This document shows positions 19,451 through 29,530 of a DNA stretch of 64,000 bases, one piece after another. Every line of letters begins with the position of its first letter. The first letter of the stretch is position 1. The translations under genes were made by a program, and so were the position numbers. The notes beneath the pieces were generated by a model. That model was not told where the DNA came from and did not search any database. It saw only the letters and a list, made by a program, of their open reading frames with translations. Source of the DNA: Nitrospirota bacterium (GTDB lineage: Bacteria; Nitrospirota; Nitrospiria; Nitrospirales; NS-4); contig CAWBGA010000017.1 of the NCBI GenBank assembly GCA_963788195.1, forward strand, positions 816,451 through 880,450, written 5' to 3'.

Positions 19451-21599
19451 TTATGCTATGGCTTGCAAGATCGTTGGAGAATGGCGTAGCGGGAGATTGA
19501 CAGAAAACGTGGTGCTCTTGCCGATTTCGCTTTTCACTTCGATATAGCCGCCATGAGCCACGATAATACGTTGACAGATGGGGAGGCCAAGGCCTGTGCC
19601 TTCGCGCTCTTTGCTTTCGTGTTTGGTCGTAAAGAAGGGAACAAAGATCTTCTCCAGCGTGTCAGGCGGCATGCCACAGCCGCTGTCTGTGATCTCGAAC
19701 TGGACCCACACGCCCTCGGGTTTCACCAGACGACGGGTCCTCGTGGTCAGCTGCCCCCCTTTTTGCTCCTCCATGGCGTCAAGGGCATTGATAAACAGGT
19801 TTCCCAAAACCTGGAGAATTTGCTGGCTATCAATCCACACAGGAGGCAGATCCCCGGCCAACTCGGTGACCAGGGTTACGCCTTGGCTCTGGGCTCTGTT
19901 TTCGATCGCACGCAGCGAAGCTGTGACCACATCATTGAGGTTCTCCTCGTGGCGCTGCGGTTCGTGAAGCCGCGCAAACCCCAAGACCTCTCCTGAGAGG
20001 CGCTCAATGCGGGCGGAATCGTTCATGGCGACCTTGCGAAACTCGTCCATGAATTCCACATCATCCTTTCGCAGGGGCACAAGCTGCAGAAACGTGTTAA
20101 TGGAGACCAGCGGATTGCGAATCTCATGCGCAAAGCCGCCGGCAATCGTCTCGAACGCATGCGCCCGCTCGTCATGCCGTTCGCGGCGCTGCTCCTCCTT
20201 CTCCTGTTCATGGAAGGCCGCATTGGCAAAGGCGCTCGCGGCGCTCGCCGCCAGAATCGACAGATTCTTCAGGTCATCTCGCGTAAACATGGCGCGATTC
20301 GACTTTGGGCCCAAGTTTATGAATCCCATCAAGCGACCTTGATTTTGAAGCGGCAGACACAGTTCACATTCAAGCGCCTCGAGCATCTTGGTGATGGCTT
20401 TGCTGAAGGTGCCAAGCTTGTTGCCGCTCTGCTGCACTTCCTCTTTCAGAATGGCCTGACCCATCTGTTGAAGGTATTGCGGCAGCAGGTGGTTGGACGA
20501 GATGGTGACGGCTCTGAGCTGGGATTCGTCGAGCCCCTGCGCCGCCTTCAGCACATATTCGTCCTTTTCCTTATCCAACAGAAACAGGGAAATCTTTGCG
20601 CTGCCCAAAGCCCGGGCAAGAATGGCGATCGTCCGTTTCCGTCAATGCCTTTAAATCCAAGATGCTTCTCATGGCGGTGCTGAAATCGTTCAGGGCGTCG
20701 TAGGCATTATGCTGCTGCGGAAATAACGTCTTCACAACCACCACTTGAAGGCGCTTCTGAAGATTCACCAACAGTCCTGCAAAGGCGGTAAATGCCGCCA
20801 CGAGGATTCCAGACAAGACGTACTGAGATGTTCCTGTAAACATCCAGACCAGGCCAAGGATCAGAAAATATGCGGGTATGAGCGCGCCCATTAAAAGGCC
20901 ATATGCCAGCCCCTTCTGAAATACCACGGTGATGTCCATGAGGCGGTGCTTTGCAATCGCATACGTAATAAGTCCGGCAAAAATGATCAATAGGGAGTCA
21001 TGAGGAATGGGCTCTTCGTGCAGGTACACCACCAGAAAATGGAAACCAGCGCCCGCATAGGCAAATAAAAACGCGAGCAGCATATATTTCAGCTGATTCC
21101 TTTTTGATCCGGATGAGGTTCTAAACCCACTGAAGCACTTATAGAATGCCGCCCCGGTTCCTACGACCAAAAACAGCATGAACGGGATATATAGGAATCC
21201 AGGGATCAGAGTAAAAAATGGTTTGTTTCGAAGCACACCCTGAATCATATTTTCATTGAAGGAAAGAGCCGCGAAGACAAGGGATACCCCAAAGAGCATT
21301 TCGAGAATTTGTCGCTCTTTCTTCCTCTTCTCCGCATTCAGGATGACGGCAACCAGATAGTAAAAAGCGGTCGGCACGAAATAAGCCGACACGTACACCA
21401 GCCGACCGAGAAAGGTCGCAGTCTCATTGTTATCTGGAAGGGATATGATGAAGGGGAATGCGGTCCAGATACCGGCCAAACTCGCAATGATGGTAAAGGC
21501 GCGATTGAGGGGTTTGTGTCTATCTACAAAGAAAACAAATAGACCGACGCTGATGCAACTGACCGAGGCGAGAAGTGAAGACAGCGAATAGATGTTCAC
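19451..21599 (-). pseudogene. 7TM-GAF-HisKA-HATPase sensor histidine kinase, split by a +1 frameshift near 20633
   Basis: TM-rich N-terminal ORF (20571..21599) and GAF/kinase ORF (AHEIRNPL, NLFINA, DSGCG, GTGLGL) join as ...LTET-TIAILARALGSAKISLF if one base is removed. Confidence 0.8.
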
Positions 21600-21700
21600 T
21601 GCGCTTGAATCGCGATCTTTTTACTGTGTTTTGAGAGGACAAACAGACCGTGGCGCGGAGCGATTCGCCGAGAAGACAGAAGAACACTGTGAATAGATGC

Positions 21701-23844
21701 TCACTTGTCCGGAATGGCATTCCTTTTTATAGCAATGCCTTGGAGGTGAGTCGTTTTCTGCCACACATAGTTCAGTTCACCGTAAGGGCCGCCTGTTTTC
21801 CCGGTTCCCCCATGGGTCGCCATATAGGATGAGAAGCCGGTATGGCGGCAATTGATCCGTAACAGCCCACTGTTGTGAACCTGGTCCATAAATCTCTGAA
21901 TGTAAAAAGGTGAGCTAGCCCAGGCCGAGATTCGCAACCCATACTCATTGGCGTCTGCTATTTCGAGCATCTTCCCGAAGATTGCCTTGTCGTGGGAATC
22001 CGCGTTCTCGTGCTCATCACCGCAGACCTTCACCAATGGCATCAGGGGAAAGAAATTTTCTTCCTTGATGCATCTCATCTCAGTGCCTTTCTCTGCGTCG
22101 TCAATTCTTAACACCGCCGGCGTAATAAAGCGCCCGTCTTCATCAAGGGTTCCGTGATGATCGACTCGCAACCCTCCGCAAAGAAGCTTTGCTCCTAAGT
22201 TAAGGGCATCATCCAAAAATTCATAAAACTCGGCGATTTTGATGACAGGAGAAAGGGTGACTGCTGGGTCCGAGGGCAATCCGATCTTCAGCTTTTTGAC
22301 TTCAGCAAGGAATGCCAGCTCGAACCTGTCATAGATATCTTCATGAATAAAAGCCTTCTTGGGCACCATACAAATCTGCATGGAACCGAAGAATCCATCG
22401 AGTAACGATTGCACTGCCTCCTCAATGGCGGCATCTTTCCAGATGAACATCATGTCGTTTCCGGACAGCTCGAGAATTGGCTTCTTGCCATTCATAAAGG
22501 CGCGATTGCCGATTTGCAGCCCGATTTTGCGTATCGCCGATAAAGAGAATATCGTTGACGTATGGGCTCGCGATCCATTCATCCATGATACTTTCCGAGT
22601 TTCCAATAACCAGATTCAGAGTCCCCGGCGGGGCACCGTTGAGTTTCAATGCTTCATTGACAACATTTTTCCAAAGAAACAGTGTGGAGATTGGGGAGCG
22701 TAACGGAGGTTTTACTATCAACGTGTTCCCGCCCAAAAGAGCCAGTACCGCGATAAACGAGGCGCTGCTCGGAGCATTCTTTGGCGGACTCACACACACC
22801 ACTCCGTCGGGTTTCCTCCTCCAGAACATAACTTCATCACCATCCACAGCTACTTGCCTATTGATCTGCGTCGTATAAAACTCGAGCGTCTCCTTGCGGA
22901 TGCTCCGTTCCATGCCGAGAAATTCCCATTCCGCCAGTCCGCGAGGGTGGCCCTCGACCATCATCAACTCGATGAGTTTCTCCTTGTGAACGAGCATTAA
23001 CTCGTAAATGTCTAAGAGTATCTGTAACCGCTTTTCCAGTGGGAATTCGCGGAATTCCTTGCTCGCTCTATGAGCAGCTTCCATGGCCTCAAGATTAGTT
23101 TCCGTCGTGCCGACGCAATACCGTGCAAAAATGTAGTCCTTGTGGTTTGCAGGAATCTCTCCCAACTTGAGCTGTTTCAAAACCTTCGTGACCGTCTTAT
23201 AATCTGTGATCAATTTCTCCGCATGCGGGAAGTATCGATATTTATAGGTGTCACGTTCTTCGCCGTCTATCAATAACGTAAACGTTGGAAGTGCAATGAG
23301 CGAGGACGGATCCTCACGATCCCGAGGCGCCGATAGTGTCTCTTTCGACAAGCAGATCGAGGCGGTCGAGGATCGTATGCTCCGTCTTAATGAACAAATC
23401 GGCTGCTTCGAGAGCCAAGGAATCCTCTGCGACGATGATTCTGACCTGCGACTTCGCCTGCCGGGCGACGTCTTGTTTGAGGTCTGCAATGGCAGATTCT
23501 AAAATCGTGGATTCCAATTCACGCATCGTTGAGAACTTGATTCCCAAGGCATAGCCAGGCGGGCTTTGATTTCCTTGTGCCTGACTATTCATCACTCGCC
23601 CTGAAAGATCGAGATAACACGTCTCGCCAAAGGAGAATTCCAAAGCCACGGGGGTGCCGGGCTTCAGATCTCTTGGGCAAATCACCCGCATTCCCCCGAG
23701 ACTCATGTTCTCGGTGAGGCCGCTGATCTCTCCTTGGGCGCCCTGCAAGGAAACCTGGAATCTCAGGGCGTCACGGAGATCCTGGCGAAGCTCGGGCCCG
23801 TTGAAATCCGGTGCCGTCGCCAGTAGTGTATCTTCAAGCTTCAA
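21701..23844 (-). pseudogene. PilZ domain-aldehyde dehydrogenase fusion, split by two +1 frameshifts (near 23340 and 22529)
   Basis: PilZ motifs RQDLR and NMSLGG; ALDH motifs PPKNAP, VKPP, ELSGND, QICMVP (catalytic Cys), EENFFP; TTG start after GAAAGG. Confidence 0.72.
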
Positions 23845-24089
23845 AGTGTACCTTTCACCCAAGCAACGGCAGCGGTTCTGTCGCTGACCATGCAGTGCCT
23901 AGAAACTCCTAGCTTTCCTGGTGATGCTGGATTGCTGGGGAAGAACTCAGCATGGGCGGATTGGGAGCATGAATCAAGTTAATTTCTTAAGTATATTAGG
24001 CATGATTCGTGTCGGCACGAGTCTGGGTCTCCTTGACAAGCGATACATACGCGTCAAAAATATGCCGTATTGAATGAAGTCAGGGGTTT

Positions 24090-24995
24090 GTGATGACTGA
24101 TCGACTGGTGATCGAGCGTCTGGAATTTGAAGGATTCGTCGGCATTGAAGAGAGCGAGCGGACAGTCCCCCAGGCGCTTGCGATTGACCTGGAGTTGTTC
24201 TTGGATTTCTCCGCGGCATCTTCCACGGACAATCTGAAAGACACCGTGGATTATGCGGTGGTCGCTGAAAGAATCTTGGCCATTGCCAAGCGGGAACAAT
24301 TTGTGCTGATTGAAACATTAGGGGAACGGTTGACGGAAGTGATTTTGAGTGAACACTCTGTTCGCAAGGTGGACCTCTGGGTCAGAAAACTTCATCCTCC
24401 TTTGGATATGAGGGTAGGGTCCGTCGGCACCCGGATCGTTCGACGTTCTGGATACGGACACACTCATGACAACTCTCCCGCATGCTGGCTCGCGAGCCAT
24501 CGGGACCTACTAAAAAGCGGAAGAGCACTTGATCTCGCCTCCGGAAAGGGCCGTAACGCCCTTTATCTGGCAAAAGAAGGCTTTGCAGTGGAAGCGTGGG
24601 ATCGCAATGAGGAAGATTTGGAGGCACTAGCGGCGAAGGCTCGGGAGTTAGGTCTTACCGTCACCACGCGCCTTGTTGACCTAGAGCAAAGCCCGTCGAT
24701 TCCGGCGGAAACCTTCGACCTCGTGATCATCTTCTATTACCTCCAACGAAATCTGATTCCCTGGATCATAAAGGCACTTCGACCCGGCGGCATAGTCGTG
24801 TATGAAACATTCCTGATCGACAATCACGTGCGCTACAACCATCCACGCCATCGTGAGTTTTGTCTGGAACACAATGAGCTGCTGACGCTGTTCCCGGGAC
24901 TTCGAATCCTCGCGTACCGGGAGGGACCTGATGACCAAGGAGGAGATCCACAACCCCCTTTTCTCGCCAGCCTCATCGCCGAGCGCCCGGGCTGA
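24090..24995 (+). CDS. folB: dihydroneopterin aldolase fused to a class I SAM methyltransferase (TehB-like)
   Basis: GIEESER, DTVDY, LIETL in the N-terminal half; ALDLASGKGRNA and FDLVIIFYYL in the C-terminal half. Confidence 0.85.
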   Translation: MMTDRLVIERLEFEGFVGIEESERTVPQALAIDLELFLDFSAASSTDNLKDTVDYAVVAERILAIAKREQFVLIETLGERLTEVILSEHSVRKVDLWVRKLHPPLDMRVGSVGTRIVRRSGYGHTHDNSPACWLASHRDLLKSGRALDLASGKGRNALYLAKEGFAVEAWDRNEEDLEALAAKARELGLTVTTRLVDLEQSPSIPAETFDLVIIFYYLQRNLIPWIIKALRPGGIVVYETFLIDNHVRYNHPRHREFCLEHNELLTLFPGLRILAYREGPDDQGGDPQPPFLASLIAERPG

Positions 24996-25001
24996 CACGC
25001 G

Positions 25002-25841
25002 ATGACGCGGTCGCCTGCGTGCGCCGGGAGTTTTTATGAGGCCTCAGCGGCGGAGCTTACCAGCCAGGTCCAATCACTCCTCGAGCTGGATGTAAGTACT
25101 GTGCCGGCCACTGCGGTTGTCTGTCCGCATGCCGGTCTGATGTATTCCGGCATGGTGGCCGGCGCTGTGTACAGCCGCGTGAACATTCCTCGCACGGTGA
25201 TTCTTGTGGGGCCAAATCACACAGGCGAGGGGCCGCCGATCTCGGTATGGGCGCGCGGGAAGTGGGCGATACCCGGAGCGCTCCTGCCGGTCGCGGAAGA
25301 CCTGGCCGACGCCTTTCTGGCCATATGCGCCGAGGCTCGTGCAGATGAGCTCGCGCACCAGTATGAGCACTCGCTGGAGGTTCAGCTTCCTTTTCTTGCT
25401 GTCAGACGTCCGGACATCAATATACTGCCGATCGTAGTTGGGGTTCGAGACCTGCGCCGTTGCCTTGCCCTTGGCCTTGCCCTGGCCAGTATTACGAAAT
25501 CTGCAGTGGAACCCCCATTATTGGTCGCCAGTTCCGACATGACTCATTGTGGACCAGGTTTCGGCCAATCCGCCCCTGCAGGCCTGACAGCCGACGCCTT
25601 TGCTAGACGACAAGACAGCGTTGCGCTCAAAGCGCTGCAAAGTCTGGATGAGGGTGAGTTCCACCACACCATTGAGACTAACGACATTACCATGTGCGGA
25701 TATGCGCCAACGACCGCAGTATTGTATGCCGCTCGAATTCTGGGGGCACAGCACGCCGCCGTTACGCGATATGCCACGTCCGCGGAAGTCGGAGGGGATG
25801 TGAATCGGGTGGTGGGTTATGCGGGCGTGGTCATCAATTAG
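25002..25841 (+). CDS. amrB: AmmeMemoRadiSam system protein B (MEMO1 family)
   Basis: AGSFY, PHAG, GPNHTG, EHSLEVQLPFL, SSDMTH, VVGYAG. Confidence 0.9.
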   Translation: MTRSPACAGSFYEASAAELTSQVQSLLELDVSTVPATAVVCPHAGLMYSGMVAGAVYSRVNIPRTVILVGPNHTGEGPPISVWARGKWAIPGALLPVAEDLADAFLAICAEARADELAHQYEHSLEVQLPFLAVRRPDINILPIVVGVRDLRRCLALGLALASITKSAVEPPLLVASSDMTHCGPGFGQSAPAGLTADAFARRQDSVALKALQSLDEGEFHHTIETNDITMCGYAPTTAVLYAARILGAQHAAVTRYATSAEVGGDVNRVVGYAGVVIN

Positions 25842-25995
25842 GATCGTCGGGTGGTTTGACGCTGCGGAGAAATCCTTCCATCTCACGGATGATAATGTCG
25901 CGCTCGTCCTGTGTAAAGCCCTCCCAGTCTCGCCGTAAAGGGTCGAGGACCCGACGCATCGCATCATAAAGACTGTACGCCCGTTTGTGTTCCAT
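25834..25995 (-). CDS. small hypothetical protein (53 aa), below ORF-track cutoff
   Basis: Manual translation MEHKRAYSLYDAMRRVLDPLRRDWEGFTQDERDIIIREMEGFLRSVKPPDDPN; GGAG SD upstream. Confidence 0.5.
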   Translation of the reverse strand: MEHKRAYSLYDAMRRVLDPLRRDWEGFTQDERDIIIREMEGFLRSVKPPDDPN

Positions 25996-26129
25996 CAACG
26001 CTCCGCTGGCACTACAAAAAACCTCTACGCGACTACGACCGGATCATACACGTTTTTCAGTTTCGCGATCTTAACGGCCAGGACAAGATAAATCCAGTAA
26101 AGACCAATCGACCTCTGGGGTAGTTACTA

Positions 26130-26517
26130 CCGCCCTGGAATCTCATTTCACCCGCCACACCCCGACCGCGCCGGGACGGGGCCTTGGCCCGTGGGACAGA
26201 TTCCTTCGCCCCTGACGAGTTCGTTTCTCCCATAGGCTGATGATTATTTAAGGCCGCCGGATAGTTTCCGTGCCCTTAGATTCGTATTTTGCACCCCGCC
26301 ATTAACACCCACCCGTCCCTGGACGGCCGTTGCACCCGACCCACCCCGAACCTGAAACAGGCTCTTCTCCCGTGAGACGCGTCCTTTTCCCGGGTCCCCG
26401 CCTGCCTAGACAGGTGCTTTTCTATTTCACCCTCTACTTCACCCGCCCTTCCCCGGACGCGCCGGGACGCGTCCTTTTCCCGTGGCCCGCGCCTGCCTAG
26501 ACAGGCGCTTTTCCCGT
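26130..26517 (+). repeat. cluster of nested and tandem covarying-hairpin elements
   Basis: GGAATCT...CAGATTCC, GAACCTG-AAA-CAGGCTC, GGACGCG-CCGGGA-CGCGTCC (26455-26474), GCGCCTG-CCTAGA-CAGGCGC (26489-26508). Confidence 0.9.
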
Positions 26518-26527
26518 AGCGTAGGAT

Positions 26528-27337
26528 GTGCGCCGCGTGATTCCCAACCCCCATATCGATCCCGTACTCATCAGACTCGGCCCTGTTGCGATCCGCTGGT
26601 ACGGCCTCATGTATGTCTTGGCCCTGACATCGGCCTTCTTTCTTATTAAGGCACGCGCAGCCCGCCGGAAAGTCGAACTGCCGCTGAATGACCTGCATGA
26701 TCTAATTCTCTACGCGGCTATCGGGGTAATTCTGGGTGGACGCCTCGGCTATACGCTGTTTTACAACCTTCCCTATTACATCGATCATCCCGCCAAGATT
26801 TTCGCTGTCTGGGAGGGCGGGATGTCATTCCACGGCGGGTTAATCGGTGTCATTATCGCCGGGTGGGTTTTTTGCCGAAGAAAAGGCTATTCGTTCTACA
26901 GCCTGGCGGATATTGCCACGCCCACTGCTCCGATTGGATTGGGCCTCGGGCGGCTCGGTAACTTCATCAATGGCGAGTTGTATGGACGCCCGACGGACGT
27001 CTCGTGGTGTATGGTATTTGATGCGAGCGGGGGAGGACCGATGTGTCGGCATCCCTCGCAACTCTACGAAGCCCTCCTGGAAGGTGTTTTCCTTTTTACA
27101 CTGGTGTGGATTGTGGACCGGCGCCCTCACGCACCCGGTGTGCTTTTCTGGACCTTCATCGCCGGCTATGCCGCCTGCAGAATATTTGTAGAACTCTTTC
27201 GTGAGCCGGATGCTCACCTAGGACTTTTCGGAGGCTTTATTTCAATGGGACAGATCCTGAGCCTGCCGATGCTCGTACTGGGTCTCTTCATGTTATGGTA
27301 CGTGCAAAGCAACGCTCGCAAAGTGCATGAGGAGTGA
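26528..27337 (+). CDS. lgt: prolipoprotein diacylglyceryl transferase
   Basis: IRWYGLMY, GGRLGY, GGMSFHGG, RLGNFINGELYGR, HPSQLYE. Confidence 0.96.
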   Translation: MRRVIPNPHIDPVLIRLGPVAIRWYGLMYVLALTSAFFLIKARAARRKVELPLNDLHDLILYAAIGVILGGRLGYTLFYNLPYYIDHPAKIFAVWEGGMSFHGGLIGVIIAGWVFCRRKGYSFYSLADIATPTAPIGLGLGRLGNFINGELYGRPTDVSWCMVFDASGGGPMCRHPSQLYEALLEGVFLFTLVWIVDRRPHAPGVLFWTFIAGYAACRIFVELFREPDAHLGLFGGFISMGQILSLPMLVLGLFMLWYVQSNARKVHEE

Positions 27338-27834
27338 CCATGAAGATATCGATAATGTTGTTCGGAATCCTATCGGCCACTTTCATCGCTTCAGGAATCA
27401 TTTTCGCGCAGCCCGCTGGTTACGGACAGGCGAGCGGTGAATTTGATATTACGCTGTCGCGAGTGCCGGTCGCGGATAGAGCCGCAGCCAAAGCGCTGAA
27501 ACCTCCCTTTGAGCCTACGCCGGAGATTCTCGCTGAAGGCAAAGCGATTTTCCTCGGCCGCGGCACCTGTTTTCAATGCCATGGATCCGAAGGCAAGGGG
27601 GACGGTGGCGCGGCGAAAATCCTCCCGATCCAGCCCCGGGATTTCACCAATCCAAAATTCAATCAGGCCCGAACGCCGGGGGAAATGATGTGGGTCCTGA
27701 AGAACGGTAGCCTCGGCCAGACCGGCAAGATCCCCGGCACTGGAATGCTTCCGATTGTCGGACAGTTCCTCAGCGAGGAAGACGGGTGGAAGGTGCTGCT
27801 CTTCGAGCGGAGTCTGGGAAAACCAGCCAAGTGA
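27334..27834 (+). CDS. periplasmic monoheme cytochrome c
   Basis: Signal peptide, CFQCH, PRDFT, GTGM. Confidence 0.88.
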   Translation: MTMKISIMLFGILSATFIASGIIFAQPAGYGQASGEFDITLSRVPVADRAAAKALKPPFEPTPEILAEGKAIFLGRGTCFQCHGSEGKGDGGAAKILPIQPRDFTNPKFNQARTPGEMMWVLKNGSLGQTGKIPGTGMLPIVGQFLSEEDGWKVLLFERSLGKPAK

Positions 27835-27846
27835 CTAGGAGGGGCT

Positions 27847-28086
27847 ATGGATCGCATACTACGCCGTCGAAGCGCCATGATTGTTTTGTGCTGGCTGTGC
27901 CTGCTGTCGGCCTGCGCCGCGGATCCGCACTATTCGCAGCAAGGAAAATCCGAGGAGGAGATGAGGCGGGACTACGCTGAGTGTCGCAAGCAGGTCACGG
28001 AAAAATACGGAACCAATTTAGAGTCTCCGCATTCCAAGGCTGATCTCGACCAGTGCATGCAAACGCGTGGTTACCGGAGGGATTAG
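27847..28086 (+). CDS. small Cys-containing lipoprotein
   Basis: Lipobox LSAC; DYAEC...CMQTRGY. Confidence 0.65.
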   Translation: MDRILRRRSAMIVLCWLCLLSACAADPHYSQQGKSEEEMRRDYAECRKQVTEKYGTNLESPHSKADLDQCMQTRGYRRD

Positions 28087-28114
28087 AGCCAATGGCAAAG
28101 CGTCGGCGCCGGGG

Positions 28115-28735
28115 CTAGGCAGAGGCGTTGTCGTCGCCGGAATTGTAAATTGACTTGAGATACTGGTACGCAGCGATGAGCTTGCGGAGCCGAGGCTCTC
28201 CGCTGCGGTCACCATCGCGCGCATCCGGATGTAACTCCTTGGCCTTGTGCCGGAAAGCACGGGTCACGTCCGTAAGCGAGCACCCTGATTCCAGCCCTAG
28301 GATTTCGTAGGCATCCCCCGCCGTCCGAACCTCCCCGAGCGGGTCTGCGGCTCCTCCAAACCCGTCCCCGCCGCCGGTTGCTGTTCTAAAGAAGTCAAAG
28401 AGGCTAGGTCTGCGCTTCTTCCTGCGTCGGGGCCGCGCGAAAAGCTCGCTCTCAAGATCCTCGAAACGCTCCTCGATGAACTCAATTCTGCGGTCAAGTC
28501 GCTCCAGTTCGGAGAGGCCCGCGACTGTTTCCAATTCCTCTACCACGAGGGTCACGGTCTGGCGAATCTCCTCCAGCCCCTCTTCCATTTGAAAATACAG
28601 GTCAGGTTGTTCTTGGATGAGCTTATCGAAGGCGTAGTCCAGATTTTCCATAGTACGGGCTTGAAGCTCGGCAACACGCTTCTGCATGTCCCTACGGGCC
28701 TTGATCTGCCACCGGCGATCTCGGGTATACGCCAT
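28115..28735 (-). CDS. coiled-coil protein with C-terminal J domain
   Basis: AYEILGL...AKELHPD...AYQYL. Confidence 0.8.
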   Translation of the reverse strand: MAYTRDRRWQIKARRDMQKRVAELQARTMENLDYAFDKLIQEQPDLYFQMEEGLEEIRQTVTLVVEELETVAGLSELERLDRRIEFIEERFEDLESELFARPRRRKKRRPSLFDFFRTATGGGDGFGGAADPLGEVRTAGDAYEILGLESGCSLTDVTRAFRHKAKELHPDARDGDRSGEPRLRKLIAAYQYLKSIYNSGDDNASA

Positions 28736-28812
28736 GATTGCTATGTAATCAGAACTCTAGTGGATGGTCAATGTTCACGATAGGAGGGCACTAACCCGCA
28801 CAGGCTCGAGCG

Positions 28813-29325
28813 CTAAACCGCGTCCCCCACCCCGCCAGGATCGATCCGAGACATCGAGTGCTGGGTAATCCGGATGATTCGACCATCCGACAGCCCCACA
28901 TCTGTGACGACACGGTACATGCGAGGATGCCCCGGGCCTTTTAAAAAAACGAGGAGGTCGTAGGTGACTTGCCCCGCGACATTTCCCCCCCCGGAACCCT
29001 TGACGGAGCCCTTGATCGAGCTCAGGTCCATTTCGGTCCTGGCGACCTCAATGCGATCAAAGGTCTCGAACGCCTGGATCAGCTGGCGTTGATCTCGAGA
29101 GTGCCTTTGCGCCAACTCTTCTGGGCTGCTGACTTCGGTCGCGGCCTTAAGCCGCTCATGTAAGAGCTGAAACGCATCACTCCAGTGTTCCTTCGCCACC
29201 GCGTTGTAATAGCGTACGAAGACCGCCGTCACACCAGCGTCCGACTCTGCGGGTTCCGCAGTCGCCATGGGCGGTGTCCATGACAGCAACAGCAAAATCG
29301 CTAAAAGATGACGAAGACCCGACAT
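28813..29325 (-). CDS. exported hypothetical protein
   Basis: Signal peptide; TGATG coupling with the upstream small ORF. Confidence 0.65.
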   Translation of the reverse strand: MSGLRHLLAILLLLSWTPPMATAEPAESDAGVTAVFVRYYNAVAKEHWSDAFQLLHERLKAATEVSSPEELAQRHSRDQRQLIQAFETFDRIEVARTEMDLSSIKGSVKGSGGGNVAGQVTYDLLVFLKGPGHPRMYRVVTDVGLSDGRIIRITQHSMSRIDPGGVGDAV

Positions 29326-29474
29326 CAGATATCCTCGCTCTTTTTCAATTGCGCCTTGAGCCGGAACACACCGAGGCGCCGATAGATCCGCGCTGATATG
29401 GGTATGAGAATAACCAAGGCAATCGTCAGGTACATGAAGAATTCTTCGGTAGTGAGACTAGTGATGTAGTACAT
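29325..29474 (-). CDS. small single-TM protein (49 aa), below ORF-track cutoff
   Basis: Manual translation MYYITSLTTEEFFMYLTIALVILIPISARIYRRLGVFRLKAQLKKSEDI; stop overlaps the next start. Confidence 0.55.
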   Translation of the reverse strand: MYYITSLTTEEFFMYLTIALVILIPISARIYRRLGVFRLKAQLKKSEDI

Positions 29475-29475
29475 G

Positions 29476-29526
29476 ACTGCACCCGCCCAGCCCTGAAATC
29501 TGCCAAGACAGATTTCTTTTCCCCTG
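29476..29526 (+). repeat. covarying-hairpin element, single copy
   Basis: ACTGCACCCGCCCAGCCCT-GAAATCTG-CCAAGA-CAGATTTC-TTTTCCCCTG; fills the gap after queC. Confidence 0.88.
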
Positions 29527-29530
29527 GCAC

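Noticed and set aside
23314..23316. Selenocysteine or readthrough at the PilZ TGA
   Set aside because: The ALDH continues in a different frame, so readthrough would not join them.
26130..26517. Integron attC sites
   Set aside because: No RYYYAAC/GTTRRRY core sites, no cassette-like gene array and no integrase.
26276..26698. 140 aa minus-strand ORF (likewise ORFs at 44187-44481)
   Set aside because: They are translations of the hairpin repeats (REKDAS twice) and, for this one, antisense lgt sequence.
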